64,000 nucleotides of DNA, from positions 256,001-320,000 of the forward strand of contig CAVWLP010000002.1 of NCBI GenBank assembly GCA_963755915.1, read 5' to 3'. The first letter of the stretch is position 1; the number at the start of each line of letters is the position of its first letter. The notes beneath the pieces were generated by a model. It did no database searches and was not told the origin of the DNA. It worked only from the letters and a program-made list of their open reading frames with translations. Shown here one piece after another: positions 1 to 9,346 of the stretch. Source of the DNA: an uncultured Phycisphaerales bacterium. Its GTDB lineage: Bacteria > Planctomycetota > Phycisphaerae > Tepidisphaerales > Tepidisphaeraceae. The position numbers and the translations under genes were made by a program.

Positions 1-291
1 CTGGAAACGCTTCACAAGGCGGGAGTTGAGATTCCGCAGCGCGTCTCCATCGCCGCGTTAGGATGGACCGGCGGTGAAATTCCCTGCACGGGATGCTACG
101 TCGAGCCGCGGCAGCAGGCCGCCGCCGTTGCCGAAATCCTCGCCAATGGCCAGCCCGGCCGCCCGACCACGCTCTGGCTGACCGGAAACGTAATCGACCG
201 CGGCACGTCGGCGGGAATCCCCTCGCAAATCCCCCAGGCTGCCGCACAGGCCGCGCTGGCGGCGCAGGCTTCGGTTGGAATTACGCAGTAA
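1..291 (+). CDS. Partial LacI/GntR-type regulator, C-terminal sugar-binding domain (5' end outside window)
   Basis: Frame 1 is open from base 1: LETLHKAGVEIPQRVSIAALG...IDRGTS, resembling the LacI C-terminal G..VP.DvSv motif; TAA at 289-291. Confidence 0.6.
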   Translation: METLHKAGVEIPQRVSIAALGWTGGEIPCTGCYVEPRQQAAAVAEILANGQPGRPTTLWLTGNVIDRGTSAGIPSQIPQAAAQAALAAQASVGITQ

Positions 292-300
292 GCGAAATCG

Positions 301-2685
301 CTACACCGCCGTCCGGCCTTCATATTGCCCGTATTCCAGCCACTGGATAAATCCATCGGGATATTTCCCCGCGGTCACGGCCGCCGCCACGTCCGGATTG
401 TCCGCCAGATAAATCTGCTCGTTGTAATAGTCGCTGGCGACGCGCCCCTCGAACTGGCCGTATTCGACATATTGCTCGAAAGCTGAGGTGAACGGTTCAC
501 CGGTGATATAAGGAAGAATGTCCTGGTTGTCCGCCTCGTAAACCGACTGCGAGAAATAGAGCATCGGGCTGCGCCCCTCGTACTGACCGAAATCGGAGAA
601 GTGCTCAAAGGCGGAGCTCACGGTTCCCGATTGAACCGCCGCGGCCACGTCGGCGTTGTTCTGAAGGTAGTAGGTGTTGTTGAAATAAAGCAGTCCCCCG
701 CGGCCCTCATATTGCCCAAACTGGTAATACTGCATGAAGCCCGAGGTGACCGTGTGGAGTGCCACGGCCTGCGCCACATCCGGATTGTTCGCCAGGTACC
801 ACGCTTCGTTCCAATATGGACTGGGGCTATACCCCTCATACTGGCCGTACTCAAGATAATGGGCATACCCGCTGGCAAACTGCCCATCCGCCACCGCCGC
901 CGCCACGTTGGGATATTTCTGGAGATAGTAGCTCTCGTCGAAAAGCGAGTTCTGGCTGACGATCGTCTCCGTGCCCAGCAGCATCTTGGTGCCGTTGGTT
1001 AAAATGGCATAGATATAGGCCTCATGGCTGCCGGTGCTGAGCATTGGAGTCGAGTAGTCGAACCCGTGATTGGTGGAGCCGATGACGTCCTGGAGATCGC
1101 CGCGGCTCGTATCCGCTGAAAATGTCTGCGTCGTCCCGTCGAGGATTTCGACCTCAACATTGATCGACGCGGTGGGATCGGTTGGATCGAACGCCCACCC
1201 GCTGATCTGCCCCCAGTTGGCGACATCCACCCATCCCGGCGCGGCAACGGTGAACGCAACCGACGTGGCGCTGCTGAGCGACCCATCGCTGGCGGAAAGT
1301 GTGTAGCGCCCCGGCGTGTCGATGACGACGTCGTTAAACGTCGCCACGCCGTTGACGGCCGTCGCCGTCAGTGTCCCGCCAAGCGTTCCGGGCCCGCCGG
1401 CCAGCGAAAGCGTGACCGTCGAGTCGTCGGTGCCGATCAGGTGCCCCGCGCTGTCCTCGACTTCAACCACAATCGACGGCGCGATGGCTTCGTAAGGGTA
1501 AACCGTGGTCGGTTCCTGCACGAACGCCACTTGCGATGCCGATCCCAGCGTCACGTTTCCGCCAACCAGCGCGTTAACGATCTTGTCGACATTCGGGCTG
1601 CCCAGCCCCGTCAGTCCCCCGCCAGTGACATCGTTAAAATCGCCTGAAGGCAGCGCGTGAAGATCGGGAATCGTCTGGCTCGGCCCGTCCAGCGATCCGA
1701 CACCGCGCAGCGCCCGACCCTGATCCACCAGTGCGATAATCGCCGCCCACTGCGGCGACCCGGCGCTGGTCCCGCCCACAACCTGCCATCCTTCGTTTCC
1801 CTGGTATGGAATCGAATCATAAACCAGAAAACCCGTGCTGGGATTCGCATCGTAAGCCACGTCCGGCTTGTCCGTATGCTCGTAGGGGCTCACTCCCCCA
1901 CCGCTGTCAGACCAGGCCGACTCACTGAGCCAATCGCCGTTGTCATCCACGTTCAGCGTCGTCCCGCCAACCGCCAGAACTTCTGGCGATGTCGATGGAT
2001 AATTCGGCGCCCCGTCATCCCCCGAAGCCGCGACGAAAGTGACGCCCTCGTGCCCTGTGGGCGTTGTGAAATCCGAATCGTACGCCGTCTCTCCAGAAAA
2101 CTCCGGTGAATCGCCCCAGCTCATCGAAACCGCAACCACGCCCGCCTGGTCTGCCGCCCACGCCGCCGCGCTGCTGAGCGCGGGAACCGTATCCGAATTC
2201 GCCTCCACCAGGAGAATGTTCGCCTCGGGAGCGATCGCATGCGCCCATTCCACGTCCAGCGATTCCTCCGTGGCCCACCCGGCATTCGTTTGCACCGCCC
2301 CGCCCCCCGGCGTGGCGACCGTCAGCACGAACTGCCCATTGGCATTGTCATTGGTGATCCCGAAATTCGCGTCAAACGTCTCCAGATCGCTGGAGATGTC
2401 CGGATCACCAAACGCATCAACGATGGCAATTGTTTCACCCGCCCCGGTCGCGGAAACCGTCTGCCCATTGACGGAGAACGCCAGGTTGTCGAAATCGTAT
2501 GCCTGCTCGATCATCGCCGGCGAAAGGTTCTGCGGCGACCCGGAGACATCGTCCAGCGGCTTTTCAACGAGCGACAACTGCACCGTCGAAGTCGCCGACA
2601 GCAGGATTCGCGATTCAAGGGATTCAAGATTATGCCGGCCGGAAAATCGGCGGGATCTCTTTGCGGATTTACGACTTGCCACCAT
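301..2685 (-). CDS. Secreted S53 (sedolisin/kumamolisin-like) peptidase with planctomycete extracellular signal, Ig-like region and C-terminal repeats
   Basis: EESLDVE, SGDDG and GGTSAGSP motifs; LESLESRILLS signal; about 5 repeats of Y..nPDVAAAV..G...S...H...YGQyEGR; ATG at 2685 with GAGGT upstream. Confidence 0.85.
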   Translation of the reverse strand: MVASRKSAKRSRRFSGRHNLESLESRILLSATSTVQLSLVEKPLDDVSGSPQNLSPAMIEQAYDFDNLAFSVNGQTVSATGAGETIAIVDAFGDPDISSDLETFDANFGITNDNANGQFVLTVATPGGGAVQTNAGWATEESLDVEWAHAIAPEANILLVEANSDTVPALSSAAAWAADQAGVVAVSMSWGDSPEFSGETAYDSDFTTPTGHEGVTFVAASGDDGAPNYPSTSPEVLAVGGTTLNVDDNGDWLSESAWSDSGGGVSPYEHTDKPDVAYDANPSTGFLVYDSIPYQGNEGWQVVGGTSAGSPQWAAIIALVDQGRALRGVGSLDGPSQTIPDLHALPSGDFNDVTGGGLTGLGSPNVDKIVNALVGGNVTLGSASQVAFVQEPTTVYPYEAIAPSIVVEVEDSAGHLIGTDDSTVTLSLAGGPGTLGGTLTATAVNGVATFNDVVIDTPGRYTLSASDGSLSSATSVAFTVAAPGWVDVANWGQISGWAFDPTDPTASINVEVEILDGTTQTFSADTSRGDLQDVIGSTNHGFDYSTPMLSTGSHEAYIYAILTNGTKMLLGTETIVSQNSLFDESYYLQKYPNVAAAVADGQFASGYAHYLEYGQYEGYSPSPYWNEAWYLANNPDVAQAVALHTVTSGFMQYYQFGQYEGRGGLLYFNNTYYLQNNADVAAAVQSGTVSSAFEHFSDFGQYEGRSPMLYFSQSVYEADNQDILPYITGEPFTSAFEQYVEYGQFEGRVASDYYNEQIYLADNPDVAAAVTAGKYPDGFIQWLEYGQYEGRTAV

Positions 2686-2998
2686 ATACCTCGCGATTTC
2701 TTTGGACACAAACGAATCGGCAACCAGTAACTCTAGCCGCCGCAAACAACACGCGCCCCCGCAATTTCCGCGAAAAATCAATCTTTTTCTGACTTGATTC
2801 ATCCGCATGATTTGCTCGCCGGGGCCAGAAATAACGCACCCCGCCTTAAGGCAACATGACGGATTCATCAAATATCCCGGCTAAATCCCCAAACCTCGAA
2901 TTCCCCGATTTTCGCCACTGAAAAGCCGCCTGTTGCAAAAAACCACCCCCCGCGATAAAGTCCTAGGCTCGAATTTTTCAAAAAGATAAGGATCTGCA

Positions 2999-3259
2999 AT
3001 GGCACGCGCCTGCTACTTTACCGGCAAGAAAACCAGCTTCGGCAACAAGGTCAGCCACCGCGGCAAAGCGAAGTACCTCGGTGGCGTCGGAACCAAGATC
3101 ACCGGCATCACCTCTCGCAAATTCAAGGCCAACATCCAGAAAGTCCGCGCCGTCGTCAACGGCCGCATCGTCCGGATCAAGGTCAGCGCCAAGGCCATCC
3201 GCAATGGATTGGTCATCAAGCCCGTCCAGCGCAAGTATTCCAAGCCTGCCGCCGCCTGA
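2999..3259 (+). CDS. rpmB: 50S ribosomal protein L28
   Basis: MARACYFTGKKTSFGNKVSHRG...RKFKANIQK. Confidence 0.95.
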   Translation: MARACYFTGKKTSFGNKVSHRGKAKYLGGVGTKITGITSRKFKANIQKVRAVVNGRIVRIKVSAKAIRNGLVIKPVQRKYSKPAAA

Positions 3260-3271
3260 GGACTTTGGCAA

Positions 3272-3589
3272 ATGGCCGACCAGAAGATCACGCTCGATCA
3301 GGTCGCACACGTAGCCAAACTGTCGCGCCTGGCCCTGGACCAAGAGCGGCTGAGCAAGTTCTCGACTCAGCTCGCTTCTATCCTTGAGTATGTGGATAAA
3401 ATAGGGGAAGTGGACACAACCGGCGTCGAGCCCATGGCCCACGCCCTGCCGATTCATAATATTTTCAGAGAAGACGTCGTCGAGCCCAGCCTTCCCCTCG
3501 AAAAAGTGCTGGAAAACGCCCCGGAATCCGATGGGCCCTTCTTCAAGGTTCCCAAGGTCATCGGCGGCGACGAAGATTCAGCGGGTTGA
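3272..3589 (+). CDS. gatC: Asp/Glu-tRNA amidotransferase subunit C
   Basis: ITLDQVAHVAKLSRL...FRED...NAP...FFKVPKVI. Confidence 0.95.
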   Translation: MADQKITLDQVAHVAKLSRLALDQERLSKFSTQLASILEYVDKIGEVDTTGVEPMAHALPIHNIFREDVVEPSLPLEKVLENAPESDGPFFKVPKVIGGDEDSAG

Positions 3590-3801
3590 ACCGCCCACCG
3601 CGCGTAAAATTCACGCCAAATTTTTCAAAGATTTTTTTTACGCTAACGTCCGATTATTAGCATTGACTCGGATTACAGTTAGCCACTAAAGAGGTTAACC
3701 AGAGCCGCAGAAAGGTCGTTTCGCTCTGCATGGCTTAAGGTTAATAGCCGAAGATATAAGCTGACGCCGTGATGTAGCTGGCCCAGCGAAACCCCAATGA
3801 C

Positions 3802-4959
3802 ATGAACGGCGCAAGGCGATTATTGGACGCAGGCGTAATGTCGAGCCTTCCGCACAAAGCTTCCTTCATGGTGATCGGGTCCGAAAATCCGCGAATTCGC
3901 GACTTTTTCGGACAAGTCGGCCATTTTGGCGAAATCAGTTATCTGGATATGGAGCCGCTGAATCGGCGCACTTCAATCGACCAGATGGCCTCCTGCTGGC
4001 GCTGGCGCAAACCCCGCGAAGGATTCGAGGAAGCCCGCACCTGCGTCCCCCGCCGCTGGAGCGAAGTTTCCAGCGCCGTCGTCCATTGGTTCCTGCGCCG
4101 GCGTTTCGCCGATGCCGGCCGGCCCGACGCGGTCGTATTCACCTGGCCCCATCTTGCTCCCCTCTGCGAAAAATTGCCCGACCTTTTCCGAATCTATTAT
4201 TGCAAGGACCCCTTCGACCGCTGGCCCGGCGCGACGCCCGATACAAAAAAAATGGAGCAGCGCCTCCTCGACACCTGCGACATGGTCTTCGCCGTCTCCC
4301 GCCAGCTCGCCGAAGACTTCGCCCCGCGCTTGCGCGGCAAGGTGATCTATCTCCCCAATGCCGTCGACGACGGCTTCCTCACCCTCCCGCGCCAGCCCAG
4401 GCCGGAGGATCTCCCGACCGATCGCCCGATCGTCGGCTGTATCGGACAAATCAACTACACCTACGACCTCGGTTACATGCAGAAACTTGCCGCGCTCATG
4501 CCCGAAGTCACCTTCTGCTACATCGGAGAAGTAGTCGAATACGACTGGGCCCAGCGCAAGCGGCTTCTCGCCTGGCTCCGCCGCACCGAAAACGTCGTCT
4601 GGCTCGGCGCCAAGCCCCACCGCGAGCTGCCGGCCTATATCCATAATTTCGATCTCTGTCTCAATTGCCTGCACGTCGACGACAACAACAACCGCCGCTC
4701 GCCCCTGCGGCTTTATGACTATCTCACCACCGAGCGCCCCGTCGTCAGCACCCCGGTCCGCGAAGCCTACGAGCATCTTCCCCACATCCTGCTGGCCGAT
4801 TCCCCTGAGCAGGCCGCCGCAATGATCCGCGATTCTTTCAGCGGCAAACGCCGCGTCGATCTTCCCCGCCGCCGGGCCTACATCCGCCAGAACACCTGGT
4901 CCGTCCGCGCCCGGCAGTTCCTGGGCCATCTGCGCCAATCGGGATTGAAAGCAGCCTGA
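3802..4959 (+). CDS. GT-B glycosyltransferase (GT4/TuaH-like)
   Basis: VFAVS, YLPNAVD, WLGAKPHRELPAY, SPLRLYDYLTTERPVVST. Confidence 0.8.
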   Translation: MNGARRLLDAGVMSSLPHKASFMVIGSENPRIRDFFGQVGHFGEISYLDMEPLNRRTSIDQMASCWRWRKPREGFEEARTCVPRRWSEVSSAVVHWFLRRRFADAGRPDAVVFTWPHLAPLCEKLPDLFRIYYCKDPFDRWPGATPDTKKMEQRLLDTCDMVFAVSRQLAEDFAPRLRGKVIYLPNAVDDGFLTLPRQPRPEDLPTDRPIVGCIGQINYTYDLGYMQKLAALMPEVTFCYIGEVVEYDWAQRKRLLAWLRRTENVVWLGAKPHRELPAYIHNFDLCLNCLHVDDNNNRRSPLRLYDYLTTERPVVSTPVREAYEHLPHILLADSPEQAAAMIRDSFSGKRRVDLPRRRAYIRQNTWSVRARQFLGHLRQSGLKAA

Positions 4960-5100
4960 TCTGCCCAAAGCAAAAAGATCTGGGCGATCAGCAATCTCTC
5001 GCAACCCCTGAAATCAGGGTATTTTTGAGGTTTCCCGCTTGGTTTTGGCCCGCAATTGCGTGTAAATTGGGCTTGGGGTTTGCAGCGGTATAGAGACGTT

Positions 5101-5931
5101 ATGTCCAAATCGCAACGCCTCACGCTTAAGCAAATCCGCCAGGTTCATGAGTTGATCGATCGCATTCGCGACTTCGGCGATCGTCCCGAAATCTGGCAGC
5201 GCATCGCCCTCGAAGGGCTGCTGCGCCTTCTGGGGGGAAACATCGGCTTCTCCGTCGATATCCGCCTCTCACCGCAGGGCGTTCCCCAACTGATCGACCC
5301 CATCGACACCGGCTGGCAGACGGAATCCGCCCGGCGGCGGTTTGAAGAATATGCCGTCTCCGGCGAAATGGCCGCCGATCCCGGAACTATCAAACTGCTC
5401 GAAGCCCAGAAAAAATCCCGTTTCCTCACCGTGACGCGCCGCCAGTTGGTCGATGACCGAATCTGGTATCGCTCTCGCTGCGTCTCCGAAGCCCGGCGGT
5501 CGGGGGACGTGGACGACTTCGTGATCTATAGCGCCGCGCTCATGCCCAAGGGCAGCCAGGGATTGATTATCTACCGCGCCTGGGACGACAAGCCGTTTGA
5601 GCCGCGCCATCGCCGAATCATGCAGTTCTTTGGGTTCGAACTGCTGCGGGCAATCAGGAGCAGCCGCACGACCACGCCGGTTCACACCTATCTGCCCCAG
5701 CTCCCGCCACGGCTGCGCGGGACTTTCGAATTGATGCTCTCACCTCTCAGTCACAAGCAGATCGCTGAAACGCTTCATCTCAGCCACCACACCATCAACG
5801 ACTACCAGAAACAGATCTACAAAATGTTTTCCGTCAACAGCCGGCCGGAGCTTATGTGCCTGTTTCGCCCCAGTAAATTGCCGATTCGTCTGCCGCCAGG
5901 ACTATGGGAAGACGCGCCCGGTAGCGCATGA
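5101..5931 (+). CDS. LuxR-type HTH regulator with N-terminal sensor domain
   Basis: C-terminal LPPRLRGTFELML..LSHKQIAETLHLSHHTINDYQKQIYKMFSVNSR. Confidence 0.8.
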   Translation: MSKSQRLTLKQIRQVHELIDRIRDFGDRPEIWQRIALEGLLRLLGGNIGFSVDIRLSPQGVPQLIDPIDTGWQTESARRRFEEYAVSGEMAADPGTIKLLEAQKKSRFLTVTRRQLVDDRIWYRSRCVSEARRSGDVDDFVIYSAALMPKGSQGLIIYRAWDDKPFEPRHRRIMQFFGFELLRAIRSSRTTTPVHTYLPQLPPRLRGTFELMLSPLSHKQIAETLHLSHHTINDYQKQIYKMFSVNSRPELMCLFRPSKLPIRLPPGLWEDAPGSA

Positions 5932-6000
5932 CGCATCGTCGGCCACCTCCCGCGCAACCCTGTTTACTTTCCCCGCCCCCGCCTCTACCTTTTCCCCACT

Positions 6001-7470
6001 GTGACCCTCGAATTCGACACGCTTCTGGCCGCGCGCGACGCCGTCCGCACGCGCAAGATTTCTTCGCTGGAACTGACCCGCCAAGCGCTGGCCCGCATCG
6101 ACGCCGTCGAGGGGCAGATCCAGGCTTTCAACAGCGTCTATCCGGATCGCGCACTTCAAATCGCCAAGGAAGTCGACGAGGGCAAACGCAAAGGCCCGCT
6201 GGCCGGCGTGCCCATCGCTCTCAAGGACAATCTCTGCACGAGCTGGGGAACCACCACGTGCAGCTCGCGCATGCTGGCCAATTTCCGCGCCCCCTACGAC
6301 GCCACCATCTGCAAAATGCTCGATGCCGCCGGCGCGGTCGTCGTCGGCAAGACCAATCTCGACGAATTCGCCATGGGCTCTTCCACTGAAAACAGCGCCT
6401 TCAAGGTCACCCGCAACCCCTGGGACACCGCCCGCGTCCCCGGCGGCAGCAGCGGTGGGTCCGCCGCGGCGCTCGCCTCCGGAATGTGCTGCGCTTCCCT
6501 CGGCTCCGACACCGGTGGCTCCATCCGCCAGCCCGCTTCCCTCTGCGGCGTCGTCGGCCTCAAGCCCACCTACGGCCGCGTCAGCCGCTACGGCCTCGTC
6601 GCCTTCGCCTCCAGCCTCGATCAGATCGGCCCCTTCGGCTGGAACGTCCCGGACGTCGCCCTGATGATGAACGTCATCAGCGGTCGCGATCCCAAGGATT
6701 CCACCAGCGTCGACCGCGCCGTGCCCGACTATCTCCAGGACCTCGACCACCCCCTCAAGGGCCTGCGAATCGGCATCGCCAAAGAGTACCAGCTTGCCGG
6801 TGGATTAGATCCGCAAGTAAAAGATGCGATATCCGCCGCCGTGAAAAAATACCAGGAGATGGGCGCGACGCTCGTCGACGTCTCCCTCCCCCACACCGAA
6901 TACGGCATCGCCGCTTACTACGTCATCGCTCCCTGCGAAGCCAGCAGCAACCTCGCCCGCTACGACGGCGTCCACTTCGGCCACCGCACCAAGGAGCCGG
7001 TGAAGGACATCATCGAGCTCTTCAGCAAATCCCGCGCGGAAGGTTTCGGCGAGGAAGTCCAGCGCCGAATCATGATCGGAACCTTCGCCCTCTCCGCCGG
7101 TTATTCCAGCAAGTATTACCTCCAGGCCCTGAAAATGCGGGCCCTCATCAAGCGGGATTTCGACGAAGCTTTCGAGAAATGCGACGCAATCCTCTGCCCC
7201 ACCAGCCCAACCGCCGCCTTCAAGGCCGGCGAAAAAACCGGCGACCCGCTTCAGATGTATCTCTGCGACGTCTTCACCGTCACCTGCAACATCGCCGGCA
7301 TCGCTGGCATCAGCCTCCCCTGCGGCTTCACGACCGGACCCAAGCCCCTGCCCATCGGCATGCAACTCCTCGGACCCACCTTCGGCGAAGAAAAGCTCCT
7401 CCGAATCGCCCGGATGTATGAGATGGCTACCGATTGGCACAAACGCCGGCCGGCGCTGCACCCCGTGTGA
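6001..7470 (+). CDS. gatA: Asp/Glu-tRNA amidotransferase subunit A
   Basis: GKTNLDEFAMGSSTENS, GGSSGGSAAA, GSDTGGSIRQPAS, SSNLARYDGV. Confidence 0.97.
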   Translation: MTLEFDTLLAARDAVRTRKISSLELTRQALARIDAVEGQIQAFNSVYPDRALQIAKEVDEGKRKGPLAGVPIALKDNLCTSWGTTTCSSRMLANFRAPYDATICKMLDAAGAVVVGKTNLDEFAMGSSTENSAFKVTRNPWDTARVPGGSSGGSAAALASGMCCASLGSDTGGSIRQPASLCGVVGLKPTYGRVSRYGLVAFASSLDQIGPFGWNVPDVALMMNVISGRDPKDSTSVDRAVPDYLQDLDHPLKGLRIGIAKEYQLAGGLDPQVKDAISAAVKKYQEMGATLVDVSLPHTEYGIAAYYVIAPCEASSNLARYDGVHFGHRTKEPVKDIIELFSKSRAEGFGEEVQRRIMIGTFALSAGYSSKYYLQALKMRALIKRDFDEAFEKCDAILCPTSPTAAFKAGEKTGDPLQMYLCDVFTVTCNIAGIAGISLPCGFTTGPKPLPIGMQLLGPTFGEEKLLRIARMYEMATDWHKRRPALHPV

Positions 7471-7471
7471 A

Positions 7472-9343
7472 TCACGGCGAAGGCTGATCGAACAGATAAA
7501 TCGTCCCGTTCAAAACCTCAAACGGTTTCATCTTCGCAAATTTGCTGTAAATATCCCGGTAAACCTCCGGCGCGACATACGTCCCCTGAAGATTCACCGC
7601 GCTGATCGCATAAACCGGCGGCAACCCCGACGGCGACGATTCATCCTGATGCTCCAGCCCGCCTCCCTTCATCTCAATATACGCGATCTTGTAAAACCGC
7701 GGATCAGGCAGCGCAAACTGGCTCAGATATAGCTGCCGATCCGGATGCTCCCGCTGCCATTGCGCCAGCGCGGGAAGATCCTGCCCCCAATCGAGGTTCG
7801 CGTCGCTGAGCAACCGAATTCCCCCGCGCGATCCGCCCGCCGCCGCGTTGAAAAACGGAATGTAGTTTGGATACGCCGCGATGGTTTCAGTCAACAGCCC
7901 GCCCAGAAGCACGAGCAGAATTCCCGCGGTTAGCTTCGGCCTCCGCTGATAAGCTGCGGCCGCGGCCACTCCCACGAGAATAAATAGAAACGGATAGACC
8001 GGCAGAATATGCCGAAGCCCGATGTTGAGATTGCTGCGCATCGCAACCGCCATATAAAACACCGGTGCGATGGTCAGCGCGCAAATCGGCCAGCCCCTGG
8101 AAGCAATTTTGCTCCGCAACATCGCCGCGCCGATCACAAGCGCCGTCACCACCGCAATCAGAGTCGCAACCGGTGTCTTGAAGAGAATCGCCAGCGGAAA
8201 GTAATACCACCATCCCTGAATACGAATCTCCCCGCAGAGAAACGCCCGCCGAGCCATCGCCGTGCCGTAGGTATATAGGAATCCGAACAGCCACGCCTGG
8301 GGAACGAGATGGTCCGCATTGACGACCCGCCCCGCACGGACAACGAAATCCGGCTTCCACTGTGCAAGCCACTTGTTGTATTGCTCAATCGAAACCTCTG
8401 TAGGAACCGGATTCTGCCGAAGCTGCATCTCGTTTTCCCCGATGTCGACAATCGGCTCTTTGAAATCAAACTTGACCGAAGGGTCGGGGCTCGGCCCAAA
8501 CCGAAAGCCATAGCACAGCCAAATGAAGAAATACCCAAACAACAGACAAGAAATCAGTACTAGCGCCGACGCCCCCAGCCGCTTCGCGCGCGTCGTCAGC
8601 GTCCAGCCCCAAAATAGCCATTCGCACTTCATCATCGACCGGCAAAACAGCGCAATCACCAGCATCGGAATCGCCAGAACCCCCGAAAACTTCGTCGTCA
8701 GCGCCGCCCCCACCAGCACCATGATCGCGACACACCGCGGCCACGTTCCCCTCTCCCCCAGCAGCCAAACCGCCATCATCAGCAGCACAAACACCAGCGT
8801 AATCGGCACATCGTTTTTCACGATCGGCGTATTCGCCAGGAAATTCGGATCCAGCGCAAACACCCCCGCCGCCACCACCCCCGCCAGCGGCCCTCGCAAT
8901 CTCCACGCCCACCACGCAATAACCCCTCCCAGCGCCACGCCGATCAAAACCATCCGCAATCGCGCCGCCCGAAGCAATCCATCCGGATCCGCCCCCGGAG
9001 TCTGATAAAACGTCTCATCCGAAAACAAAACCTCCCCGCCCGGAATCGACCTCAGCATGTAATCCCACCGCGGCGACCGAAAATTAACTGCGATATCCTC
9101 CTGGCTCGTCCCCAGGGCCGCATAATATTTCCAAAGCGGCGGATCCTCCGGATTGCACCGGAAATCCCCATAGTGCATCTGAAGCCACCCCGAAAGATAA
9201 TGAAACGGCTCATCAAAAATCGCCGACTTTCCAGACCACGCTCCAAACCCAATCGCTCCAAACGCAATCAAAAATCCCACGCACGCGAGCAATGCGAGAA
9301 AGTTCTGCCGGCCGGAATTCGCGGAAATCTTAGGATTGCTCAT
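7472..9343 (-). CDS. Membrane GT-C glycosyltransferase (PMT/ArnT-like), paralog 1
   Basis: FDEP.H motif after TM1, NPEDPPLWK, many TM helices, GLRHILP, LSDANLDWGQDL. Confidence 0.8.
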   Translation of the reverse strand: MSNPKISANSGRQNFLALLACVGFLIAFGAIGFGAWSGKSAIFDEPFHYLSGWLQMHYGDFRCNPEDPPLWKYYAALGTSQEDIAVNFRSPRWDYMLRSIPGGEVLFSDETFYQTPGADPDGLLRAARLRMVLIGVALGGVIAWWAWRLRGPLAGVVAAGVFALDPNFLANTPIVKNDVPITLVFVLLMMAVWLLGERGTWPRCVAIMVLVGAALTTKFSGVLAIPMLVIALFCRSMMKCEWLFWGWTLTTRAKRLGASALVLISCLLFGYFFIWLCYGFRFGPSPDPSVKFDFKEPIVDIGENEMQLRQNPVPTEVSIEQYNKWLAQWKPDFVVRAGRVVNADHLVPQAWLFGFLYTYGTAMARRAFLCGEIRIQGWWYYFPLAILFKTPVATLIAVVTALVIGAAMLRSKIASRGWPICALTIAPVFYMAVAMRSNLNIGLRHILPVYPFLFILVGVAAAAAYQRRPKLTAGILLVLLGGLLTETIAAYPNYIPFFNAAAGGSRGGIRLLSDANLDWGQDLPALAQWQREHPDRQLYLSQFALPDPRFYKIAYIEMKGGGLEHQDESSPSGLPPVYAISAVNLQGTYVAPEVYRDIYSKFAKMKPFEVLNGTIYLFDQPSP

Positions 9344-9346
9344 CGC

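Noticed and set aside
301-960. Possible CRISPR-like or regularly spaced repeats
   Set aside because: They are degenerate protein-coding repeats; no CRISPR array, cas gene, tRNA or rRNA was recognised in the window.
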